Assembly (NCBI GenBank): GCA_965660545.1
Contig: CBFIAF010000004.1
Span: 76,655 to 140,654, forward strand
DNA length: 64,000 nt
Origin: Alphaproteobacteria bacterium
GTDB taxonomy: Bacteria; Pseudomonadota; Alphaproteobacteria; Bin95
Reading direction: 5' to 3'
Shown piece after piece: positions 42,106-49,888 of the stretch. The translations under genes and the position numbers were made by a program. The notes below the pieces were generated by a model that worked only from the letters and a program-made list of their open reading frames with translations, did no database searches and was not told the DNA's origin. Each line of letters starts with the position of its first letter. Position 1 is the first letter of the stretch.

Positions 42106-42413
42106 CAGAAATGCTTGGTGTTTTCATTCGGCACACGGGCGATTGATTCCTGCTTCCTTCGATCTGTTGCCGCTCACCGAGCACCACAAGGTTCTCAGTG
42201 TCAGCCTGTGGCAAGACGCCCGCTATCTGCTTAGCGCCCGCCTTTGGAGCCCGCTAAGGGTCACCGATAGCGGTTTTTTTGCATAGGCGGAAACTATCAT
42301 CGTCGCCGATGGGAACAAAAAATTCCTCATGTATTTCTCCTATCAAGCTTCCCCATGTAATACTCCGATGCTAAAGTAGCGCTTCGTCAAACCCACACTC
42401 AGGGAAACGCCCA

Positions 42414-43334
42414 ATGGTAAAGTCTATAATACAATTTATATTTGCAGCCGCCCTCGCGCTGACCGCGGTTATCGCGCAGCCCGCTACTGCGGCAAATCTT
42501 GGCCCCAAAACCTGCCAAGAATGCCATCGTGCTGAGTACGAGGTGTGGAAAGGCTCCGCGCACTTCAAGGCCTATCGTGGCGCGCACAAGCACAAAAATG
42601 CAAAAGCGATTGCGGCGGCTTCCGGCACTGGCAAATCCATGCGGAAAAACAAAACCTGCATGACTTGTCATTACACGGTAATTGGCAGCAAGGCGAGAGC
42701 GAAAGCTGGCCCGTCCTGCGAGAGCTGCCACGGCGGCGCTTCCAAGTGGGTAAAAATCCATAATGACCTTGGCGCTGGCGTGAAATCATCTGCGGATGAG
42801 TCTGCTGCCCACAAAAAGTCACGCCTGGCTGCAGCACAAAAAGCCGGCATGATCCATTCATCAATGGTTTACGACATCGCTGAGAACTGTAATTCCTGCC
42901 ACACCATGCAGAAGATTGACCCTGCAATGGCCGGTAAGCTGATCGATGCAGGCCATCCAATCAATGGTAGTTATGAGCTGGTGAAGTATAGCCAGGGTCA
43001 AGTTCGCCATCGCTTCTATCCGCCGAACATCACCGAGAACCAGAAAATGAACAAGGCGGAACTATCCCGCATGTTCTTGACCGGCCACGCTGCTGGTCTC
43101 GTCTATGCGACGAAGGTTCTGGAAAGTGCTGATAATGCCAAGTACAAAGCAGCTATGGAACAACGCGTCGTTGATGCAAAGAAAGCAATCGGCGCTGCTA
43201 AGGGTTCTATACCGGCTGCGGGCGCACTTTTGTCCTCACCGACGGAAGCAAACGCCAGGAAGTTCGTCGCGGCGTTGCAGGGCAAGGACCTGTCCGGTGC
43301 TGTCGGCGGCATGTTGCCCTCTGAGTACAAATAG
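42414..43334 (+). CDS. Periplasmic tetraheme cytochrome c (cytochrome c554-like CxxCH...W..S.H type)
   Basis: Signal peptide (MVKSIIQFIFAAALALTAVIAQPATAA). Four CxxCH motifs (CQECH, CMTCH, CESCH, CNSCH). First gene of the 7-gene operon. Confidence 0.85.
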   Translation: MVKSIIQFIFAAALALTAVIAQPATAANLGPKTCQECHRAEYEVWKGSAHFKAYRGAHKHKNAKAIAAASGTGKSMRKNKTCMTCHYTVIGSKARAKAGPSCESCHGGASKWVKIHNDLGAGVKSSADESAAHKKSRLAAAQKAGMIHSSMVYDIAENCNSCHTMQKIDPAMAGKLIDAGHPINGSYELVKYSQGQVRHRFYPPNITENQKMNKAELSRMFLTGHAAGLVYATKVLESADNAKYKAAMEQRVVDAKKAIGAAKGSIPAAGALLSSPTEANARKFVAALQGKDLSGAVGGMLPSEYK

Positions 43335-43458
43335 GGCGATACTATTCGCGAATCCTGAGGCGGTAATTAATGGATGTGTGCTGGGGTGGGCATGCCTTCA
43401 TTGATACTAGCCAAAGGCCCGCGGTTTTCCGCATCACGCGCTCCAGGGGGATGGCGCT

Positions 43459-45081
43459 TTGGCCTTAGCGACAAGATTAGCGCGTCCGCAACGTTGGGAC
43501 CGTCCGTTCGATCCAGGTATGACTGCGGCAGATTTGCAACACCTAAAACTTGATCCGGTTGTCGCCGCAATTGATGCAGACGCGTTCCCAGGGACTATTC
43601 CACTTGACGGCATTCTAGCTAACGATTCGCGGGTCATTCGTTACAAAGCCGGTGAAATCGTCGTTCGCGAAGGCGATTACGGTAATTCCGCATTTCTTAT
43701 TATGTCCGGCGCTTGCGACGTTGTCGTAAATCCGCCGCTGACTGATGCTCAGCTTGGCCGTCAAACTGAAGCGCCAGCTAGCATTGCGCGCGCGATTTCA
43801 CAACTCTGGAAGCGCACTGTCGTGCCGGAAGTTCGTGACGTCAGCCGCTATGGCGATATCGCCGTCACAGAGACAGATCATCAGGCCGTTTTTCTGCAAG
43901 ATTATGGCATTGTGCTTGGCGGGCGCAGCTTGCCGCGCCTTGGCGCGCAGCAAATGTTTGGTGAGTTGGCCGCTCTGGGCCGTACCCCCCGCGCGGCAAG
44001 CGTCGTTTGTGTCGAAGACGCAGAGGTGCTTGAGATTCGCTGGCAGGGCCTGCGGGAGCTTCGTCGGTTTGATGCCGGCTGGCGCCGCCAGATCGACACC
44101 AACTACCGCGCCAATGCGCTGATCTCGCACCTGCAGGACACGCTGCTGTTCGATGGTCTGTCCGACGACGCGCTCCAATCCATCGCAGACGCGACATTGT
44201 TTGAAACTTATGGCTCCTTTGACTGGAGTTCTTCGTTCCAGCGCGCCGAAAGCGATGCGCGCCTGGATACAGAACCCGTCATTGCGCGTGAAGGCGAATA
44301 TCCAGATGGCCTCTTGCTTATCCGTGCAGGATTTGGCCGCGTTTCTGTGCGCCAAGGGGCAGCAGAACGCACACTGACTTACTTATCTGCTGGCGATCAT
44401 TTCGGCTTGAGCGAGCTTTATGCTGGCTGCAAGGGCGGTGGATCACCGATGGAAGCAACACTCCGCGCGGTCGGTTACGTGGACGCCCTACGTGTGCCAA
44501 CTAAGGTACTCGAAGAGCATGTCTTCCCGCGCATGAACACAGCGCCGGATAGCTTCCTACAGTTTGCAGCCCGCCCCCTTGCAGATGATTCACTGCAGGA
44601 ATGGGCAATCGAAGAGCGTTTCATCAACGGCACCATGGCGATGCTGATTGATTTGGATAGATGCGTGCGCTGTGACGATTGCGTGCGGGCCTGTGCGTCC
44701 ACCCACGGCGGCAACCCTCGTTTTGTCCGCCACGGCAAGATCAATGACCATTGGATGGTCGCCAATGCCTGTATGCATTGCTCTGACCCTGTCTGTATGA
44801 TCGGCTGCCCAACGGGCGCTATTCACCGGACGCAGGCGGGCGGCTCTGTTGTCATCAATGACGACAGCTGCATCGGGTGCGGTACATGCGCCAATTCCTG
44901 CCCTTATAATAATATCCGCCTCGTCGAAATTCGGGACCTGTCTGGAGCCCCGGTTCAGGACGAAGCAACCGGGCAGCCCATTCGTAAGGCGACAAAATGT
45001 GATCTTTGCGCAGGTATTCCTGGTGGCCCCGCCTGTGAGCGCGCCTGCCCGCACGGCGCTCTCCAGCGCGTTGATTTTTAG
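43459..45081 (+). CDS. Cytoplasmic protein with two cyclic-nucleotide-binding (CAP-effector-like) domains fused to a four-cluster [4Fe-4S] ferredoxin module (HybA/NrfC/PsrB-like)
   Basis: N-terminal two-thirds carry two cNMP-binding-like domains (FLIMSGACDVV; GELAALGRTPRAASVVCVEDAEVLEI). C-terminal 150 aa has four Cys clusters: CVRCDDCVRAC, CMHCSDPVCMIGCP, CIGCGTCANSCP, CDLCAGIPGGPACERACP. No signal/TAT peptide and no HTH. Confidence 0.75.
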   Translation: MALATRLARPQRWDRPFDPGMTAADLQHLKLDPVVAAIDADAFPGTIPLDGILANDSRVIRYKAGEIVVREGDYGNSAFLIMSGACDVVVNPPLTDAQLGRQTEAPASIARAISQLWKRTVVPEVRDVSRYGDIAVTETDHQAVFLQDYGIVLGGRSLPRLGAQQMFGELAALGRTPRAASVVCVEDAEVLEIRWQGLRELRRFDAGWRRQIDTNYRANALISHLQDTLLFDGLSDDALQSIADATLFETYGSFDWSSSFQRAESDARLDTEPVIAREGEYPDGLLLIRAGFGRVSVRQGAAERTLTYLSAGDHFGLSELYAGCKGGGSPMEATLRAVGYVDALRVPTKVLEEHVFPRMNTAPDSFLQFAARPLADDSLQEWAIEERFINGTMAMLIDLDRCVRCDDCVRACASTHGGNPRFVRHGKINDHWMVANACMHCSDPVCMIGCPTGAIHRTQAGGSVVINDDSCIGCGTCANSCPYNNIRLVEIRDLSGAPVQDEATGQPIRKATKCDLCAGIPGGPACERACPHGALQRVDF

Positions 45082-45092
45082 GGGCACCAAGA

Positions 45093-45923
45093 ATGATCGT
45101 CCGAACAGTCAACAGCGTCCGGCCCTTCGGCTACACCCTGGCCGCCATCGGTGCCGCTGTGATCGCCAGTCTCGCTTATTATTCGCATCAGGAACACCTG
45201 AAGCTCAGTGACGCCACCTTCGTCACGGGTTGGGTATTGCTGACAGCCATGGTCTCCCTAGCGCTTTTCAACATCCGCAAGCGTCTTTCCATGATGTCAA
45301 TGGGTAGGGCAGCTTATTGGCTTGCGCTGCACGTTGTCGTTGGCCTATTCGCTGTCGGAATGTTCATTGTCCACACAGGTGGCATGTGGGCCACAGGCTT
45401 CTATGAGCAAGTGATGGCTGGATTGTTTTGGGCGACGGCCCTGTCAGGCGTCTTCGGCTGGCTATATCAGCGCGCGATGCCAAGGCGCCTTACACGCATT
45501 GGCTATGAAGTCGTTTATGAACGAATCCCGGCTGAAATTGCCGCCCTTCGCGAGGAAGCTGAAGAAGCCACCCTTGAAGGCGTAGGTGCTAGCGGCGAAC
45601 CAACCCTCGGCCGCTTCTATTCAGAAACCATGCAGGACTTCTTCCGTCGGCCGCGCTTTATGTTAAGCCACCTCTTTGGTGCAGGTGCAGCCCAACAGTG
45701 GGTTGACCTCCGGTTCCGCACGGTGCGCGGGCTAGTTGGCTCACAAGAAGAACCCGCCCTTGCCCGACTTGAAGCTGCCGCAAGACGCAAACTCTCTATA
45801 GACGCTCATTACGCCATTCAACGCTCCTTGAAGCTTTGGGTGGCGGTCCACGTCGTGCTATCTGCAGCGATGTTAACGCTTGCAGTATGGCACCTCATCC
45901 TGGTGCATGTGTACGCCCGATGA
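45093..45923 (+). CDS. Polytopic inner-membrane protein with conserved intramembrane histidines (candidate b-type heme/quinone-interacting subunit)
   Basis: 276 aa with about 5 predicted TM helices. His pairs sit inside helices (HVVVGLFAVGMFIVH; VHVVLSAAMLTLAVWHLILVH), with a roughly 120 aa soluble loop. The gene is 11 nt after the FeS gene and its stop overlaps the next start (ATGA). Confidence 0.55.
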   Translation: MIVRTVNSVRPFGYTLAAIGAAVIASLAYYSHQEHLKLSDATFVTGWVLLTAMVSLALFNIRKRLSMMSMGRAAYWLALHVVVGLFAVGMFIVHTGGMWATGFYEQVMAGLFWATALSGVFGWLYQRAMPRRLTRIGYEVVYERIPAEIAALREEAEEATLEGVGASGEPTLGRFYSETMQDFFRRPRFMLSHLFGAGAAQQWVDLRFRTVRGLVGSQEEPALARLEAAARRKLSIDAHYAIQRSLKLWVAVHVVLSAAMLTLAVWHLILVHVYAR

Positions 45924-48028
45924 CTGAAGACAAAAATCGCTTCGCCCACGATCGATCACCCTATGAGCGCCCGAATTTTCCTTTCCGGTGCGGCAGGGAG
46001 GCAGCCTTTGGCAAACCGTGCCCACGCGGCCCGAGCGCTGGCGGTAATTGCCAGGGGATCTCGGACTGCACGCCATTCCGGACACGCAAGATCGTAACAA
46101 ACACTGAAACCGGTGAAGAAACAGAGACCCAGCGTTGGGAATGCCGCCGCCCGCAACATGCTGGCGGCCCCTGTGCTGAAGGTCCACGGCCAGACGGCAC
46201 ATGCTCTTGCATCCATCCGCCATGTGCACCTAAGCTGACTATCCGGCGTCAGCGCGGCCGCTGGGCAATGCTTGCAGTTGCCGCAATGGTAGCCATGGTA
46301 TTGGCTTTTGTCGGCGCTGCTGGCGGTATCATTGGCCCTAAACCAGATGCAAACGGCATTCTTAGTCATGTTGGCTGGCCGAGTTCAGTCAACCCTGGTC
46401 CGCTTTCCGGCAAGCATGAACAATTCACGGCCAAAGACGGCTGTATTTCATGCCATGTCGGCCATTCAGACACATTAACAGGCTGGGCTGGTGCAATATT
46501 CGAGCGCACCACTATTTCTGAGTCCTGCGTCTCGTGCCACAGCTTCGGAGAGAAACAAGCTAATTCCGACCCTAAAGCCCAATCGCCAATGGCATTCGCC
46601 GCCCATAACACGAAATTCCCGAACCGCACGAATGCCCCAACAGCATCGTGCACGGGCTGCCACACGGAACATAAAGGTGTGGGTGCATCGATCACGCCGA
46701 TGGATGATGGCCAGTGCTCTGCATGCCACACCACCAAGTTCGACAGTTTCTCCAAATCCCATCCGGCGTTTGGGACAAATTTCCCGCATGAAAGTGCACG
46801 AACCATCAAGTTTCAGCATGGCAAGCACCTAGAAACGCATTTTGTAGACCAGCGCTATATCGATAGAGCGCCAAAGAATGGCTGCATCTCCTGCCATACA
46901 GACCAAGTTGATGGGCGTTTGCTACCGGGCAGTTTTGAGAATGGCTGTGCCGCATGTCATGAACTTGCGATTAAAGAACAGGGAATGGTCGTCTTCGGCC
47001 TTCCTGAATTGAGTGACCCTGAATTGACTGCAGAAGCCCGTGACTCATGCGGCTTTCCTGTGCCACAGCGTGAGCCGGCCCGTGCGACCCTTGAAGCCCT
47101 GGCTGAGGCACTTCCGACAATGCAGGCGCTTGGTGAAAACGCCGAGTCTGGCAACCTGAATGGCGTCATGACTGCAGTTGAGGCCTTAAGTGAGGCCCAG
47201 ACCGCGATTGCCGAAGCGCGGGATGAGCTTGCAGAGGCTGTCGACATGTCAGAAGCCGTTTCCCTTGATTCGCTCTCCCCGATCGCAGCATTCCTTCTGG
47301 CTGTTCCGGCTGATGATGCAGATGAATATAGCGAAGCAGCAGCAGCCTTCCTGATTGCCGCTGCCGCCGACGGGCAGGTCCCGCTTGCCGAAGCAATCGA
47401 CGCTAAGGGTGGTGATGCAACCGCGCTGCTGGCAGGCCTTTCACCCGAGTTAGTGACGGAAGTTACTTGCGCTTGGGCCGCAAACACGGAATATGAACCT
47501 AAGCAAGACCCTGAACCGGGCGCTGGCTGGGCTGCGCAAGAGCTGCAAGTGTCTTATCTGCCAACAGGCCATGCGGATGCTGTGACCAAGGGATGGATTG
47601 CACTTGGTCTAGCAAATCGTGGCAGTCAAGATGAAGGTGTCGAAGCTTTTGCTGACCTCGTGCTCAGTGCGGGCGACGGGCCGGGTCGTTGCTTTAAGTG
47701 TCACGTCGCACCAGCGGCAGATGCTGAAAAACAAGTCGTACAATGGGCTATTCCACGCGCAGATGTTCGCCCATTCACAACTTTCAATCATGATCCGCAC
47801 TTAAATGTACTAGATCAGGGAGCCGGATGTGCGACATGCCATAGTCAGTTGGAGCCGGGCGCAACCTTGGCTGATGGGCAATCTCGCCCAGGGCCGCATG
47901 CAAACGACTTCAAGCCGATCGATCAAGCAACTTGCAAAGATTGTCACCGCCCGGGCGCGGTTCGGCAGGATTGCGCACTTTGCCACCGCTACCATAGCAA
48001 TCCATCCATCCGGAAACGGACGTTGTGA
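45920..48028 (+). CDS. Membrane-anchored multiheme cytochrome c (10 CxxCH) with Cys-rich N-terminal region
   Basis: Ten CxxCH motifs arranged 6+4, split by a roughly 200 aa Ala/Glu-rich low-complexity linker. One hydrophobic helix (WAMLAVAAMVAMVLAFVGAAGG) sits after a roughly 110 aa N-terminal region containing 9 Cys (C-x10-C-x8-C-x5-C ... C-x9-C-x7-C-x-C-x4-C). The start at 45920 is inferred from the ATGA overlap. Confidence 0.75.
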   Translation: MTEDKNRFAHDRSPYERPNFPFRCGREAAFGKPCPRGPSAGGNCQGISDCTPFRTRKIVTNTETGEETETQRWECRRPQHAGGPCAEGPRPDGTCSCIHPPCAPKLTIRRQRGRWAMLAVAAMVAMVLAFVGAAGGIIGPKPDANGILSHVGWPSSVNPGPLSGKHEQFTAKDGCISCHVGHSDTLTGWAGAIFERTTISESCVSCHSFGEKQANSDPKAQSPMAFAAHNTKFPNRTNAPTASCTGCHTEHKGVGASITPMDDGQCSACHTTKFDSFSKSHPAFGTNFPHESARTIKFQHGKHLETHFVDQRYIDRAPKNGCISCHTDQVDGRLLPGSFENGCAACHELAIKEQGMVVFGLPELSDPELTAEARDSCGFPVPQREPARATLEALAEALPTMQALGENAESGNLNGVMTAVEALSEAQTAIAEARDELAEAVDMSEAVSLDSLSPIAAFLLAVPADDADEYSEAAAAFLIAAAADGQVPLAEAIDAKGGDATALLAGLSPELVTEVTCAWAANTEYEPKQDPEPGAGWAAQELQVSYLPTGHADAVTKGWIALGLANRGSQDEGVEAFADLVLSAGDGPGRCFKCHVAPAADAEKQVVQWAIPRADVRPFTTFNHDPHLNVLDQGAGCATCHSQLEPGATLADGQSRPGPHANDFKPIDQATCKDCHRPGAVRQDCALCHRYHSNPSIRKRTL

Positions 48029-48036
48029 GGATTAAG

Positions 48037-49809
48037 ATGATGGAAGAGAGAAAGATGGAATTTGGAATCCGCCCCTTGGGGCGCCGCCTTCTAATTGCTG
48101 GCGCTTTCGCCGCTGCGGTATTTGGCATGCCAATTACAGCAGTAGCAGCCGAAAAAGAAGATCCGCATGCGGATCTTATGGCCGAGGAAAGCTACCCAAC
48201 AGCCGCCCAATGTGGTGCCTGTCACACCCAGGTCTATCGCGAATGGGCGTCGTCTAACCACGCATACGCATCGATTTCGCCGATGTTCCACAAGTTCGAG
48301 CAGAAGATTAATGATCTCTCGAGCGGCACCATCCGAGGCTTCTGCGTACGGTGCCATCAACAGATCGGCACGCAGCTCAATGAACGCCGCGACCTCCCGC
48401 TTTGGGAACGCAATCAGATTTCACGCGAAGGCATTTCCTGCGTGACGTGCCACCGCGTCCGTGAAGAATTCGGCAAGGTCAACGGCGAACGCCGGATCAT
48501 CCCAGGCCAGGTCTACACGCCTGTCAGCGGTGTTGGCGATGGCAAAAAGCTAAAGGAAATCATTGAGAACCGTAGCGAATATCGTGTTGCGGTTAGCGAA
48601 AAGGAACGCGGGGCCCAGATTCACACGGGCGTTTACAAGTTCCCACAGATTTCTAAGTCAGAATTCTGTGTGTCTTGTCACCAGGTCGCTGTGAACCCAG
48701 GCATCAAGCTTGAAGTTGTTTGGGAGCAGTATAGAAACTCCCCAGCAGCCGCTAATGGCGTCACGTGTCAGGATTGCCATATGGGCAAAGTGCCAGGCCG
48801 GGCTGACGGTTATGCAACCGGGCCCGTCGCAATCGTTAATGGTGAAGAAATCAATCCGGACCGCAGGCACTCCAACCATGCCTTCTACGGCCCTGGCTAC
48901 CCAATTGCTCATCCTGGCATCTTCCCACACAACCCAGATGCAGCTGAAATTCCCATCGAAGACTGGCTGGAATTCGACTACCGCTCTAAGTGGGGCTCGG
49001 AAGAATTTGAAGAGAAAGTCGCCAACGGCGAGATTGATGAAGACAGCCTGCCAGACGCATGGTCCGATTCAGTTGACCGTGAGGAAGCTTGGGAAATCAT
49101 CCAGGAGAACGTCGGACTTCTGGAAGAAAAACGCGACCTTCGCCGTCAAGTGATGGAAAATGGTTCTCGTCTTGATGGCCCGTTCTTCGCTAGCGCGCCA
49201 AAACAAGGGTCCTCCCTCAGCTTTGACATCAAACTGACCAACACAGATGACGGCCATAACCTGCCGTCTGGTTCTCTCGGTGCCCAGCCTGAAATCTGGC
49301 TGAATGTTGCTGTCGTATCGCCCAGCGGCAAGACAGTATGGGAATCTGGTTACGTTGATGGGAATGGCGATATGGCCGACATTCACTCCCTAGAGGTAAG
49401 AGCGGGCAAAATCGAATATGATGACCAGCTTTTCAACTTGCAAACCAAGTTTCTATTCACGAACGTTAAGGGGACTGAACGCGAATGGTATCTGCCAATA
49501 AATATCGATATCGATCAGCTTCCATTCATCCGCCCAGCAAACGTGCCGACGACTATCCTAAACCATGCGCCATTTATCCGCATGGAAGGTCGTTCGATTC
49601 CACCACTTGGGTTTCGCAACGCTAGCTACACCGTGCCGGCAGATGCGTTGACGGAAAAAGGTACTTACAAAATGGCCGTCCGACTGCGGAGCCGCGCCGA
49701 ACCGATCTACTTCATGCGGTTCGTCGATTCGACGCCGGAAATGGAAGAAGCCATGAACAGCTGGATGCTTGATTTCCATTCCTACACCGTGGAATTTGAA
49801 GTCAACTGA
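48037..49809 (+). CDS. Secreted pentaheme cytochrome c with large heme-free C-terminal domain
   Basis: Signal peptide. Five CxxCH (CGACH, CVRCH, CVTCH, CVSCH, CQDCH), all in the first roughly 280 aa. A roughly 300 aa C-terminal domain has no heme motif. GAGGA RBS before the ATG at 48037; the ORF track starts at a GTG at 48025 that overlaps the upstream stop. Confidence 0.8.
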   Translation: MMEERKMEFGIRPLGRRLLIAGAFAAAVFGMPITAVAAEKEDPHADLMAEESYPTAAQCGACHTQVYREWASSNHAYASISPMFHKFEQKINDLSSGTIRGFCVRCHQQIGTQLNERRDLPLWERNQISREGISCVTCHRVREEFGKVNGERRIIPGQVYTPVSGVGDGKKLKEIIENRSEYRVAVSEKERGAQIHTGVYKFPQISKSEFCVSCHQVAVNPGIKLEVVWEQYRNSPAAANGVTCQDCHMGKVPGRADGYATGPVAIVNGEEINPDRRHSNHAFYGPGYPIAHPGIFPHNPDAAEIPIEDWLEFDYRSKWGSEEFEEKVANGEIDEDSLPDAWSDSVDREEAWEIIQENVGLLEEKRDLRRQVMENGSRLDGPFFASAPKQGSSLSFDIKLTNTDDGHNLPSGSLGAQPEIWLNVAVVSPSGKTVWESGYVDGNGDMADIHSLEVRAGKIEYDDQLFNLQTKFLFTNVKGTEREWYLPINIDIDQLPFIRPANVPTTILNHAPFIRMEGRSIPPLGFRNASYTVPADALTEKGTYKMAVRLRSRAEPIYFMRFVDSTPEMEEAMNSWMLDFHSYTVEFEVN

Positions 49810-49888
49810 TTGGGGATCGCCTGCGGCGCGCCAAGCTGCCAAAGAGAACAGTTAAGGCGCGCCGCAGGCGAACGAGGAGAATAGAGGC

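Noticed and set aside
43459-45081. cNMP-binding protein as a Crp/Fnr transcription factor
   Set aside because: There is no C-terminal HTH. The C-terminus is a 16-Cys tetracluster ferredoxin, so it is not a classical DNA-binding regulator.
48037-49809. Pentaheme protein as nitrite reductase NrfA or an HAO-type enzyme
   Set aside because: No CxxCK heme motif (NrfA active site) and only five hemes, not the eight of HAO/octaheme enzymes. It was called a generic multiheme cytochrome c instead.
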